Shown piece by piece: positions 49,874 to 63,401 of a DNA stretch of 64,000 nt; within the stretch, counting starts at the first letter, position 1; each line of letters begins with the position of its first letter. The DNA is taken from NCBI RefSeq assembly GCF_038025025.1, contig NW_027117349.1:1240001-1304000 (forward strand), written 5' to 3'. Made by a program: the position numbers and the translations under genes. The DNA comes from Phyllosticta citribraziliensis (lineage: Eukaryota). Below the pieces are notes generated by a model that saw nothing but the letters and a program-made list of their open reading frames with translations, did no database searches and had not been told where the DNA came from.

Positions 49874-50789
49874 GGCGGTGGTTGTGGTGGGTTGTTAGGA
49901 GAGGGCGAGGGTGGTGTGCATGTGCAGCGGCGGAGGAGAGGTGGCTGGGGAAAAGGTTGGAGAAGGGTGAGGTTGGGCTAGCGTGGGACGGAGGAGAGGA
50001 TGAATTGGCAGAAAAAAGGTTGAGCGGGTTGTCTTTTGGTTGTCGAGGCCGGACGTGGACCGGGGGCTGACGATGGTATGGTGGAGAGAGGATGGCGGTT
50101 GAGCGGAGATGCCCTGAGGTGAGGTGCCCTGACGCGTGCAGTGCAGCGCTGGCTCTGGGTCTGGTGGGTCGACTGGATCTTTAGGAGACGAATTGGCGGG
50201 CAGCGAGTGGGAGGCGCAGGAGGGCGAGGAGAGCTGAGGAATGCAAAGGCTGACGAGCAGCCTGTTTGGGTTTGGCCATGGGTGGAGGGATGATGCCGTG
50301 GGTGATGGGTGATGGGTGATGGGGTCCGTCGGGACAAGGCCCGCGGCCGGGGGGCGTAGCGGTGAGGGCAGGGTACTAGCCAACCTAACGGCCTTTTGCG
50401 CGGCCTGCCTCTCCCTTGGTGTGACGACCGCCGGCGCTTCCCAACTTCGATTATCCCTCACCCTCACCCTCACCCTCTCCGTCGCCTGCGTGCTGATTCG
50501 ACCTGCGTTCCGTTCCGCATCAGCCTGCCAACTAACCCATGTCCCCCGACGCCAATCGCCGAAATCCTGCCCTCAAGACGCCTCAAGAGGGGTGGCAGGC
50601 CCATGTTGCAGCCGCACAGCTTGACCGTGCTCTGTACCTCTGTACCACGCCCATAATATTGATCACTTGATTGTCGTTGTTGCCATCACCACTGCGCAAT
50701 CTAGAAGCATTCCAGACGCGTCCAGAGTATGCTCTGCCATTCTGCGCCGCCTACTTTACTCGACCCGTCAGCATCCTCGAGCTTATGCC

Positions 50790-51577
50790 ATGCCCCTCTC
50801 AGGTACGCACGCCCCCGCGCATCTCAACACCAATCCTTCTAAACACCACCAGGAGCCGTGGCAGTGACGCTGCCCGAGGACGGGCCTCAGGGCACCTACA
50901 AATGCCAGGTCGACCACGGGTCCGCCCTCTACACCATCACCTGGTCCGGGACTACCGCGTGCCCGGATCTCTCCAACTTCCCCTCGAGCCTTGACACCAA
51001 ATTTCAAGTCTCGCCCGTCAACCAGAGCCCCGAGATGGCGCTGCTCTGGCAGCGCTCAACCGCCGTCACTCATGGTGCTTTTGCTCACATTAGGCGTTCC
51101 AACGCCCGCCCGCTGCCCCCTCTGCCCATGGTCAAGCTGGCCCAACACGACAACGCCGACGCCGTGGCCGTCATCCAACACGACTATCGCATCCTTTGCG
51201 AGCTGGCAAGTGTAGATCCCGCCCTGCCTATCCCGAGCGTATCAAAAGATCCGATTCGCGATCGGGGCGTCATCGTTGGATATCGGATGGAAGAATTACA
51301 CAGGATGCCCTACCACTTGTCCAAGTTTCCGCATTTACTCGCCCGCGTCAAACACGCCGTCCAGCGCCTGCACCATGCCGGATTCTCGCACGGAGACCTG
51401 TCTCCCAGCAACGTCATGCAGGACAGCCTGGGTCGCGTCGTATTGATTGATTTTGGCTGCAGCGGCCGCCTGGGCGAGGCAGTGCCGCCGTGCATCCCCT
51501 ATTGGGTCTATCCACGCGATAGAATTACCAAAGACGAAGATGTAGCCAGGTTGAGGAGGAATCTTGATTTGCCTTAG
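50790..51577 (+). CDS. Small atypical protein kinase-like protein
   Basis: Probable exons 50790-50802 and 50853-51577. MVKLA, YRMEEL, LHHAGFSHGDLSPSNVM, VVLIDFG. C-lobe is truncated. Confidence 0.8.
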
Positions 51578-51770
51578 GTGATGCTGATGGATTCGTTGCA
51601 GGTGAGCGACAAGCGAGCGCAGCGCCTACCTACGTGTGCTGTACTGATTGCCCCGGCGCTTCACTTTATCCTGTAATTCATGCACCATGATGATGTCGAC
51701 GACGATGCTTGCCATTGCCGGCCAGCCCTGCTGCGTGCATGATGAAAGAGGTACCCCCTCGAGGTAACCA

Positions 51771-52971
51771 TCAAACCGAATCGGCTTCGGGTAGATCAAT
51801 GTCGACGACAATCGGCTTGTTGAAGCGCTTCGGTCCGCGGCCGTAGCTCTGCGCCATGATGGCAGCGTTGATGACGCAAGTCTCCCGCCTGCCCATTCTG
51901 CCGTTCAAAGCTGCGCTGTGCCAGCTGTCCAGTCGCGACGTGACAGCAGGGCTATCAGACTGAGACGTCGCATTCTCACTCAGGACTGCATGCTGGGGCG
52001 CTTCAAGCCCCTTCTTGCTGAGGCTGCGCTTGAGCGATGGCGAAAAGACGTTTGCATAGGCCAAATCGACTGCATTCGGGGCTGCTGATGTCGAAGCGGA
52101 GAACGAGACGCTGTTGGACACGACAGTCTGTGAGCGGGCCAGGTCGTTGTCGAGCGGGTTGCCGCCCCTCGCGCTCAGGTCGACCAGCGACAGTTTGCTG
52201 GTTCCCGCCCCCGGGTCCGCCCAGACGTGGGTGCGGTCCTCCAATGGATACGAGCAAGAGAACATGGGCTGGCCGATCTTCCAGCGCACCCGCTCGGCGC
52301 CTCGGCCCTCGTGCCTGTGGCCGCAGACGTGCATGCAAGGACGGATGCGCCAGAGAGCCTCCCGGAGGGCCTTGCAGCCGTCGGCATGGCCAGTCGCGTT
52401 GGCATCGCAGTGGTGCTGTGGAGGAGCGTGCGTCACCAGGACGTCTGTATCCAGCGGAACGTCGTTCCATATTGCAGCGGCGGCGTCGCGCGGGTACTGA
52501 AAGGCCCAGGTGGCGCCGCAGTAGGGCGAATAGGGGCTGCCAAAGACGGAAAACGTGGTACCATTCTGCAGGGCGACGGTTCGCGACTCATGTGCCAGGT
52601 AGGTGATGGAGGGGCTTGTCCTCAGCAGGGCGAGGCAGTCTTGGGCGTTTTGCGGGAGCTGGTTGTGGAAGTGAGGGCCGTGGTCGGCGTAGAAGGGCTC
52701 GTCCAATGTGACGTCGTGATTGCCTGCCGAGTTAGCAGGCCTGCAGACATGGCTTGATGACGGCGCAGAGGCGAGTACCCGCGACCACAATCTTGACCTC
52801 GAACGGGGCCTTTTCGAGCCAATCGACCGTCTTGCGCAGCTCCGAGTGGCTGCCCGTGTTTGAGAGGTCGCCTGCGTGGATGAGCACGTCGCCGGCCGGC
52901 AGCTTGGGCGTCTGGTTATGCGTGTCTGATATGAGGACGAAACGCGTTCGCCGACGGGTGGGCTGAGACAT
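51771..52971 (-). CDS. Calcineurin-like metallophosphoesterase (MPPED/239FB-like)
   Basis: Exons 52971-52779 and 52723-51771. ISDTH, HAGDLS, AGNHD (across the intron), VTHAPP, VCGHRHEGRG. Confidence 0.92.
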
Positions 52972-53492
52972 GGGTGGATGGCGAGTGGTTGGCCAAGCTC
53001 GTCGTGTGTTGATGCACGATCTTCGAGGGTCAGGACAGGACCTGAACAGAGCAGAGCAGAGCAGAGCCAGAGCAGACGCCCACTGGCGGCCAGAGCGACT
53101 CCCCGCCCTTTCGTCGTTTGTTTCCCCGCGCCGACGACCAACGTCAAGCCATCGACATATAACAGCACCTGACCTCGGAAAAGCAATTGCAAAAGAAAAC
53201 ACCCCCTACTGCGGCCGGAAAATCAGCTTTACGACCCACCCGACCCACTGCCCTCGTCCGTCACGGCGTCACCTCATGGAATCCAGTTTGCGGGGCAGGG
53301 CACGCACAACCAAAGTCGACTCGACTGGACTGGACTCGACTGGACGCCAATTGCGGGGAATCCGCAGAAAAACGACGGATATCTCGTCAGCATCATGGAC
53401 GGAAAACAGCCCCATCTCCGACCTCGGCCACCAGTGACATTGTTTTGAAGCCCCCCCTCGCCTGCTTCTTCGTCACAATTTGAACCCCCATC

Positions 53493-55062
53493 ATGGCGCC
53501 CATCAACAAGATTGAGTACTTTCGCGTCGCCCCGCGCTGGCTGTTTGTCAAAGTCACCGACGCCGACGCCAAACATGGCTGGGGCGAGGCTACGCTCGAG
53601 GGTCACACCGAGGCCGTCGAGGGCACGCTCAACGAGTTTGCCTCGCGTCTGATTGGCTTCGAGGCCGACGACATTGAGCACATATGGCAGTACATATGGC
53701 GCCTTGGTACACCCACCCACCCACCCACCTCCAATCCTCCCGCCCAGACATGCATACACTGCTCATCAGCTGACTGGCATATGATCCAGGGTTCTACAGA
53801 GGCGGGCCAGTCTTCATGTCGGCGCTGGCGGGCATCGACATTGCGCTCTGGGACCTCAAGGGCCGGCGGGCGCAGCTGCCCATCCACCAGCTGCTGGGCG
53901 GCAAGGTGCGCAACAAGGTGGCCGTGTACGCGTGGATTGGCGGCAACCGGCCGGGCGACGTCGAGGGCGCGGCGCGGGCGCGGCAGGCCCAAGGTTTCAA
54001 GGCCGTCAAGATGAACGCCACCGAGGACGTGGGCTGGCTCGACTCGCCGCGCGCGCTCGAGTCGGCCGTCGACCGCTTGAAGGCCGTCCGCGCCCTGGGC
54101 ATGGACGCCGCCCTCGACTTCCACGGCCGCCTGCACAAGCCCATGGCCAAGCAGCTCGCAAAGGCCCTCGAGCCCCATCACCCGCTGTTCATCGAGGAGC
54201 CCCTGCTGTCCGAGCATCCCGAGGCCATCAAGCAGCTCGCAGACCTCACCACGTGCCCCGTCGCCCTGGGCGAGCGCCTGTATAGCCGCTGGGATGTCAA
54301 GCGTTATCTGCAAGGTATGTGCGTCCCGCCGCCCGTGCGTGCGTGTGTGCCGTCCCGTCCGTCGTGCCCGGGGCCATCCGTCCGTCAACCGCTGCTGCTC
54401 AGCATGAGTAGTTAGCGCAAGCACAGAAGTAGGGTGGACGTTCGCTGGCTCCCCGCGTCCCCGCGTCCCCGGCTTCGTTCCCGAGAGTCTAAAAACGCAG
54501 GGAAAAACTCTGTCTAGATGAACTGGCCTGACCACTCCCACTCCACTATCAGATGCGTCAGTTGACATACTGCAACCCGACGTCGCCCACTGCGGCGGCA
54601 TCTCAGAAATGCGCAAAATCGCCGCCATGGCCGAAGCCTATGATGGTACGAACATCACCACCACCACCTCCTTCTCTCCCCCTCTCCTTTCCCTTTAACC
54701 CATCCACTACTAACACACCAACAGTAGCCCTAGCCCCGCACTGCCCCCTCGGCCCCATCGCCCTCGCCGCGTGCCTGCAAATCGGCCTGTGCATCCCGAA
54801 CCACGTGATCCAAGAGATGTCGCAAGGGATCCACTACAACACGGAATCCGGCGACGGCAGCGTCGACATCCACTCGTACGTCGCCGACGCGCGCGTCTTC
54901 GACGTCCGGGACGGCTACGTGGATGCGCTGACGGGACCGGGGCTGGGGATCGAGGTCGACGAGGCGAGGGTGCGCGAGGCGGCGAGGAAGGAGGCGCAGG
55001 GGGGGAAGCCGTGGGCGAGTGGCGAGTTTTGGGGTGAGGATGGGGGCGTGAGGGAGTGGTAG
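53493..55062 (+). CDS. dgoD: D-galactonate dehydratase (enolase superfamily, DgoD-like)
   Basis: Exons 53493-53706, 53790-54314, 54553-54645 and 54725-55062. [80 protein letters not shown]. Confidence 0.93.
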
Positions 55063-55404
55063 TCGTGGTAGGTCATAAGTCCATGTAGGCATGGTATAGA
55101 TGAATAGACAGGAAAAACCGAGTGAGCAAAGCCGCAAAGCCCCAGAGCCCCAGAGCCCCAGAGCCCCAGAGCAAGTGAGTCCTCGAAGTGAAGTGAACAA
55201 ATCGAGGCAGACTCCATTCCAACTCATCGCAACTCGTGAACCCAACCAAGTCTATTGCAATTCCAATTCCAATTCAAACTCCAATTCACCCACCGCAGCC
55301 AAAACAACCGCCACAACCAAGAGAGACAACCACCCGCTCAATCAAGCAACCAAAAACCCAAACCCCCCTTTCCCTTTCCCATTCCCCCTCCTCTTACCCA
55401 AACC

Positions 55405-55405
<1 letters not shown>

Positions 55406-55437
<32 letters not shown>
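55406..55437. repeat. C32 homopolymer
   Basis: Read directly; lies between convergent 3' ends. Confidence 0.9.
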
Positions 55438-55482
55438 TTCCCCTTACCCAAACCCCTCCCCTCATCCAAAACCCTCAATCCC

Positions 55483-58400
55483 TCAAATCCACGCACCCCC
55501 TCCCCCAGCCCCAGTAGCACCGCCACCATGATCCCTCAACCTCTCCCGATCGACCCTCCTCCTCCTCTCCTTCTCGCGCTCCTTCTCCCTCTCCTCGCGA
55601 TCCCCCAGCAACCAATCGATGCCGCGCTCTCCCCAGGCTTTGGCTTTGGCCGCCGCGCCGCCGCCGGCCGCCGCCAGGCCGGCTCCGGCTCCGGCTGCGC
55701 TGGCGATGGTGAAGGAGAAGACGTTGCCTGAGCTGCCGTTGCCGTTGTTGGTGTTGGTGTTGTGGTGGGTGTGTGCGGCAGAGGACGACGGACCAGCAGC
55801 GGAGGCGCTGGCGCTCTTGCCTATGGGCGTGGCGCTGTGGTGGTGAGGCGCGGGGTGCACGTGCGAGGAGCGGGTTAGGAGGTGATGGTGATGATTGGGA
55901 GCGGGGTGGTGGTGCTGACCGTGGTTGTACGAGGAAGACGTGCCAGGCACGGGGAAGCGCCACAGCGGGCGCTCAGCAAAGGGGCGCGCCTTGAAGAACG
56001 AAGGAGGCTGCAAGCCGTGCCCGTGTCCGTGACCATGTCCATGCCCATGACCGTGAGCGGGCGCCATCGACGAACCATGGCTGCCGTGCTGATGAGACTG
56101 CGGAGGAGCAGGCACAGGGAGATGGTGAGGCTGCGAGTAATGCGGCGGCGGCGGTGGCGGCGGCAGCGGGAGGTCGTTTGCATTGTGGCCACTGCCACCA
56201 CTCTCCTGAGCATTCGACGACGACGCCGATCCGTGGTGGGCATGATGCGGCGCCGCCGAGGTATGAGCATTCGTCGCGTCGCGCAGACCCGGACCAACGC
56301 CCAACGTCTCGCGGCTCGCGCTCGCATTCAACTTGACACGGCCACTACCAGCGCTGCCGTTGCGCGAGCGACTCCTGGCGTGGCCGCGATGTGGACCACC
56401 AGAAGCACCCGCACCAGCACCGCCATGGCCCAGCTCAGCGCTGCGGAACCCCACGAGTGGGAAATGCGAAATGCCACCAGACGCGTTGACAGCGAGGCCG
56501 AGCGGGGGCACCGTAGGCCGCGATTCACTGCCGCCAGCATCGCTTCCCTTCCCCTTGCCCGCGTCGACGGATCCACCGCATTCGCTGCCGCCGCCGCCTG
56601 CGTACGATCCGTTGGAGCCAGAGCGCGAGTGTCCGCCGTGGCTCAGCGAACGCTGCAGGCCCAGTCCGATGCGTGGGTGCGGATTCGAGGGGTCTCCTGC
56701 GCCGCCGTTGCTCCCGCCCTGGCTCGACTGGCTGCGCGTCGTTTCGTTCGACTTGACATGCCGCAGGCGCCGACGCATGCTTTCCAAGCTCTCGGTCTGC
56801 TCGAGCACGATCCGTGGGTTGCGAGCGCCGCCGACACGAGTGTTGGTCGGGTTGGGCGGCGTGAAAAAGGCCGCAGGGTTGGTTTGTGGGTTGGGAAGTG
56901 TTGCAGTGGACATGGCGGGTCCGACTTGCTGGTTGGGATAGCTAGGGTGCAGTTGATGTGAAGAAGGGAGGTCGTTTTCGCTGCTCGACATGCCCGCATT
57001 TGCGCCGTGAATCAAGGCAGTATACTCGCTGGCGTACGCTGCCGGATTACCACTGTAACCATATCCATAACCGTATCCCAAGCCCAACGAACTGTTTAGA
57101 CTGTTGTTGTCCGGCTTGGGTTTGTGGCCGTTGACGCTCTTGCTGGAAGGCCGCGATATGCCACCAGCGGCAGACTGGACCCGTCGGATGACTCGCTCCT
57201 TGCCGCCGTTCGAATTCGTTTGCACTCCAATCTTGTACTTGCGAGGAGATTGCTCGAGAATCTGCTCGATTTCGCGCAAGTCTTCCATTTCTTTGCGCAT
57301 GCGGTCCAAGCTCTGCATCCGCGGAGCGGCAAAAGCGCGTCCCTGGACAGATATGGAAGGGCGACGTGACGGCCCTCTGCTGGAAGAACGACGGCCTCTC
57401 TCCCCCACAGCGCCGCCACGCTTCTCCTCGATTGCAGCTGCAACTTGGGCCACCGAGTTTGGGACGACGTCGAGGGAGTTCTGAGCACGTCAGTCGTGGC
57501 CTTTTCGCCTGCCAGGTATTCACCTACCATGTGAATCAAGACGATGGGAAGCTGCACAGTGACAAGTTTGCTGACACGCGTCAGCATTCCGTCACTATAC
57601 TGGGAAAGGCTTCCTACGAATGCGTGCTGCTCACAGCAATATTGAGAAAGTACCGCACTTCAAAGAATTTGCCTGCCACATGTCAGACACGTCTCCAAAT
57701 ATGGCCTCCTTGGTACCTACCGCATTTGACGGTTGCATGTCCGCGTGGGAGCTCCAAGCCGCAAGTCCGCATGTCCGTGGAATGAGGTGCCACACCAGAC
57801 CAGCCGTGATTCCCAGGCTTGATGGTCGTCTTGTTGAGCACGGTCCGCTCATTGCTGTCGAAGATGCGTGCCTGGCTCGCTGACTTCTCCCTGGTCGATG
57901 CTGCCGTCTATCACCTGTAAGCTTGTGATTGCGTAAAGTCGTTGTGAACGTACGTGGTTATAACACAAAATGTCTCGTTCTAGGTTCAGTTCGAGCTTCT
58001 TGATCCTCTTTCGCGTGTTGTTGACAATGTGGACATCGACAAAGATGGTGGTTCCGCTGACCCAGACCTGACGATGAAGTCCGGCCGTGACTCTGACAAC
58101 CTCGAGTGCGGTGCCTTTTGGTCTTGTGTACTCGTCGGACGCGGTCAGAGGGCTTGGCAACGACATCAATGCCTTTTCAGCTGCTCAATGTCAGTCGTGC
58201 CTAGTGCGAGGTTTGGGCAACTCACGATCATACACGGACAAGACCGATACATCTTGCGATGATCGAACCAGGTACTGTGTCCCCTTGTCTCGTATGAGTA
58301 GCGTCGCACAAAGCACGTACCGAATCTGGGCGAGTTTGGACTGGAAAGGCGGCGGTCCCACGTCAAGTGGCATGCTTAAGCTGAATGGTATTGTTGTAAT

Positions 58401-59611
58401 GGACGGCTTCATAAGCCAAAAAGGATCAGTCGGGGAGCACTGCTTCTGAGACTCGACCATGTTCAGAGGCGGTGGATTGTCGGGATCAATCAGCTCAGTC
58501 GCCAGATTGAGAAAGATGTCTCTTTTGCCAGTGCACATCTCTTCGGCCCCGAGAAGGTCGATTGATATGCGGGAAATGTAGAGAGCCCTCTTGTGCCGGG
58601 TCCTATCAACATCCTCGACGGTGACCTTCACATTGCCTTCGAGACTTCCTCCGCCAACAAACAGGGGCGCGCCAATTTGGAGCTCGACGGCTACTCGCGG
58701 ATGCCGATGCGTTGGAAATTCGAGTATTTCACCGGACGAAACTCTTCCAAAGGTTCTAGAGGGAATCGTCTGCACCACATCTGAAGAGAGAGGATCGTAG
58801 CGCAAGGCATATTCTCGAACCGGTGATCGTGACTGCCCTCGATTAGGGATGGTGAAGCCCAAGCCGCGCGGTGGGGCAGGCGGAGGTCCCAACGACGACA
58901 CGCGGGGTAAGGATACTGCTCGTCTCCCACGGTTGCGTGAAGATGACCTGTGAGGCACGCTTCCAATGGGGATGCTGTAGATACTGGAATGATCGCTAAC
59001 GGGAGTCCTGACAGGAGTGGAATGGCGACCTCGCCGTTCGTGGTAGCTGTCCGCCGGGGAAGGTGCGGATTTGAGCGATGTTTTCCTAGTAAGAGAGCCT
59101 TTTCTGGACAAGAGGGAACCTTTTCTCGAAAGGGAGCATTTGCGGCGTAGATCGGTAGTGGCAGATTTAGGGGTATCGGGCAGCGGTTTGGAATGGGTCA
59201 ACTCAGCCAAACTCGGCTCAGTGATTTCGCGGATATCAGACAGCGGACGCGCAGCCGTCGACCATGGCGTGACTCCCGACATTGACCAAGGAGGTGCTTG
59301 GTTCATTTGTCTCGGGTGGCTTTGCTGCTTCGACGGTTCCTTGGCGGACGGGCGTTTGGTACCTGCATTAAGCGCGGATCGGGGCACGTTTTCAAACGAG
59401 GGTCTCGATGAAGGATTTCGAGGTTGAGGGCGTGTATCAGGCGGTGTTTGTTCGTATTCTATCGCTCGTCAGTTTTGGTTCTTCGCGGCGCAGATGTCAG
59501 TATACCATGGGCCTTAGGAGTATGCGCCGGTGGAGCAGGAACGTCGTAGATTATCGGAGGAATGAGAGGATTCAGTCGCAGTGGGACGTGGTGGTCAGAG
59601 GTCTTCGGCAT
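55483..59611 (-). CDS. Arrestin-domain protein (multi-exon) with long disordered termini
   Basis: Spliced reading: HPRVAVELQIGAPLFVGGG, LDVGPPPF, YD|PEKALMSLPSPL, AGLHRQVWVSG, CYNH|TAAST...QARIF, TVKC|GKFFEVRYFL, VQLPIVLIHM|NSLDVVPNSVAQVAAAIEEKR. Start at 59611 is tentative and depends on a 47-nt intron at ~59505-59459. Confidence 0.85.
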
Positions 59612-61789
59612 TGAGGAAGTGTACAGGATGCATGGCACGCGCTCAAAAGCTATGCATCATAGTCGTGGTCCGCAAGTCGAACCAAGCTGCAAGGTCGAAT
59701 AGGTGATGTGAAGATGTATCCCGGGTGCGTGCAAGATTCATGGAGGTTCCGGTGCGTCGTTCCTGCCGCGTGGTCGGCTGCTAGGGAGATCGGAAGTGCT
59801 CAGTCGTTCTTTCCACGATTGTCCAGATGGTGTTCCACGCATCAAAGTTGGTACGTCCAGGAGCGGGTTCCGGCCTCGAGCAAAAGGTCGCTGTTGGTTC
59901 ATGTCGGCACCGCGTAGTCTCGCCATCACAATTTGCAAACATTGAGTTGTGCGACAATTCTGGGCCAAGTTGAATTTGAATTTCTTTGCTGATGCCCTAT
60001 TCATCCGGCTCCTTGCAACAGGTTGAGCAAGTGTGGTGCTGTTTGAATCGTCTATTGACGTTTTTGTCGTCAACTCCCTCATGCCGCAAGACGCCGTGAT
60101 TGCGGCCAAGTTAAATCACGTTGTTCGAATAGGAAAAAAGATCCAGAGAGAAATTGACACCTACAGCAGTCATTGCAGCATTGTCGTGATATCAGGCGGC
60201 CAAAATTGAAATTCTCCAAGTGACGAGGTGGCTGTACGAGCATCTTGCCACATTGAGGAGACGCAGTTTAATGAGGCAACCCGCTCGGGAAGGCTGGCCG
60301 AGCGAAGACGGCATGTTGGTGATGGAACCGAGGACTGCACCTGGCGCGGTGGTTCTACCGGAAGTCAAGGGCGCATGGTGGGCGGTTGAAGTGGTCGAGA
60401 TGGGAGCGTGATCAAGTCACTTGAGGTCATGCCGTGGTCCTTTTAATTGACGGATCCGGGGAATTCGGAAGGGCGAGTGGTGGAGCGGTGGTCTGGAGGC
60501 GTTGGTGAGCAGTCACGATGGAAGGGAGACGGGAGCGAGAACAGGTGACCGGACATGCGACCCGGACTGGCGACAACGTGTCATGGCTGGCACCTCAGGG
60601 CGGAGGCGGAGGGGAGGCGGAGGTGGAGGAGGCGGCGGCGTCGGCTGGCGTGAGGCGTCACAGCGTCATGGGCGGCGGAGAAAGCCAGGGCAGGCACAGG
60701 GGTGCGAGGAGAGGAGAATGCCGGCGACGTTGGAGCTGGATGGAGCTGGATGGATGGACAGCTGGGTGTCGAGCCTGGTGAGGAGCGCAGTCGGCGAGCT
60801 AAGGAGCGGATGATGAGCTGGTGGTTGGCTGTGGCCGTGGCAAGGCAGGGCAGGGCAGGGCTGAGAGGTGTGCTGATGAAGCTGGAGTCAAGGTGAGCCG
60901 GGCCAAGAGCGGCTCCGAGGAGAAACGGCGCGCCGGCCAGACGCGCCTTACCACACGCGGCCCAAGACGACGATGCGGGGCAGTCGACGGCGAATCGACG
61001 CGACCCGGCGCCAGTGCCAGCGCCAGCAGCTGTCGAGCAAGACGAAATGACGAGCAGTTGAATATGACAGGCGACAATTGACGCCGCAGTGACAGTGGCA
61101 GCTGCGGTGGGTGGTGCGAAGGCGATGCTTGCTGTCAGTATAAGCAGCATCCATGGTTGCGGTGGCGTCGGTAGCCAAAGTCTATCTGGCCCTGAATGGC
61201 GGTGCCAGCCCAGCGCCAGCCGGGGGGAGCCATGGGCCCTCTGATGCTGGTACTCGTAAACAGGTCGAGGTCAAGTCGAAGCACACAGACAGACAGACAG
61301 ACAGACAGGCACGAGGTGAACAGACAGCCTAGCCTGTTGATGCTGAGGCCAGGCTATATCGCCCCTCGCCCACACCTGACGACGACGACGACGACATCAT
61401 CATTCGGCCCCCTCGACAGGAACAGGAACACCAGCCAGCGGCCAGCCAGGGAAAAAATTCTCGTCGCCTTGTGCAGTCAACCCTCACGCTCCGATCGCGG
61501 CCCGGCACGGCGCCCTGGCCGCTGCTCGAAATTCAAATCCCCCCCGTCTCCGACTGCTCTCCAGAGGCCCCGTTTCCATTACCCAACGTCTTACCTCACG
61601 CCAACTTTGTCCACCCTCCACGTCCGCTCAGTATCTCAGTTCCCATTATCAACACTATCAGTTCCCTATCGCCCGCCTGCGCTGCGACTACCCGCGCGCG
61701 CCCCGGATCGCCCGAAACACGTCCCTCGCGTCAGGTTAGGTCCGTCAGACGTCAGTCTGTAGCGTCCATACCCTGCCCGTACCCCCGCC

Positions 61790-63401
61790 ATGGGCGATAA
61801 CGACCTCCAAGCCCACCACTCGACTGCCAGAGATAGAGATACCAACGCGAACGAGCCCTCCAGGGATGGCTCCGTTAGCTCCATCCAAACCTCTCCCGAG
61901 CCCGATCCCGAGCCTTATACCGCTCAGGATCACCCGCCCCAGCAGCAGCAAAAGCGCAAGGGCGGCCGCAAGCCTGTGAGCAAACCACTTCCCCATACCT
62001 ACCAAGCCAAACCTAGACACCACACTATCAATTTGCTTGCCCGTCTGCCTGCCTGCCTGCCTGCCTGCCCACATCATGCTTCGCCCCCCAATGCCGTGTC
62101 TACAACCCCCACTAACCACTAAGCGCCGCAAGATCTATGCCACCTCGGAGGAGCGCAAGCAGCGGAACCGGCAGGCCCAAGCCGCCTTCCGCGAGCGTCG
62201 CACCGAGTACATCAAGCAGTTGGAGAGTACCATCAAGCACCACGAGGAGACCCTGCAGACCTTGCAGCAGAATCACCGTAGCGCCGCTGATGAATGTCTT
62301 ATGCTGAGATATAAGAACTCTCTGCTCGAGCGCATCCTGCTGGAAAAAGGTATCATCGCCACCCATCCATTCACGTCTGCTCTTCTAACCGACCGCTTCC
62401 TCCCAGGCATTGACGTCCAGGCTGAGCTCCGCGCAAAGACGGGCAGCCCGCATCTGGGGCCTACCCGCATGCCTCCTCCAGCAGGATCTGCAGTGCAGCA
62501 GCCGCCGCCAATGCAAAGGGCCATAATGAATAGGCACCATCAGGCGCGGCGCTCATTTGCAGCCATGCCCCAAAAGGTCGACGTTGATGCCGCTGTCCAA
62601 AACCATTCACCGCAGTCCCAACCTACTCCTGCTTCACACATGTCCTCTCCGTCCACCACGGCAACAAAGTCCCCAAACTTTGTGCCGTCGGTGTCTCCCA
62701 ACGTGGGCCCAGTGTCTCAGCCTCAAGCGCAGCAACAACAGCAACAGCAACAACAACAACAGCAGCAGCAGATCAGACCGCAACCGCCCCGTCAGCAGTA
62801 CAACCCCCTGCCGCCGCCGCGACCCTCGGCAAACACGCAGTTCAACGCCTCCAATGGCGTTCCCAACGCCTCGCCCGTCAACACTCCGGCAGGGGGCAAC
62901 CCCATGGCGGGCAGCGCCAATGGCGCGTCCAACTATTACCCATCGCCATTCCAGAGCCATATGGACCAGCTCGGCAAGTTGACCCCTCCCCCAAACGTAT
63001 GCTTAGGCATAGGACTCTGTTCATCCTAGAGTGACTCCGTGAGTACAGAACAGGAATATGATGCGCAAAACGACATGATCGACGACCGAGACCCGAGCGA
63101 ACATTCGGCCGGCACCGCCGCATATCCACAACCGTTCCCACCGCAGCACATGCGCTCGCAATCGACGCCACAGCTCCAGGCCCAGGGCTCTGGCCAGCTT
63201 GTGCCGCAGCAGTACACGCCGGGCCAAGACCAGTACACGTCGCCTGCAGCCCTGCAGCCCGCAGATGCACACAGCGGCTACGCCATGTCCGGCAACATGA
63301 ACCAAGGATTCGACCCATACGACCCCATTCTGGACGCCGACCCATTCGGCCTGTCGGCCAGCATGCACTTCCCAACCCAATTCTCCTACCAGACTGGCTG
63401 A
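61790..63401 (+). CDS. bZIP transcription factor (AP-1/Yap-like basic region) with polyQ
   Basis: Exons 61790-61975, 62133-62349, 62407-62973 and 63049-63401. KRKGGRKP|IYATSEERKQRNRQAQAAFRERRTEYIKQLE followed by a leucine zipper. The last intron is GC-AG. Confidence 0.92.

Noticed and set aside
54315..54552. Long dgoD intron as a stwintron or snoRNA host
   Set aside because: A single GT-AG splice gives the right frame, nested splicing would not, and there is no clear box C/D pair.
55882..56961. 359-aa plus-strand ORF
   Set aside because: Antisense shadow of the arrestin last exon.
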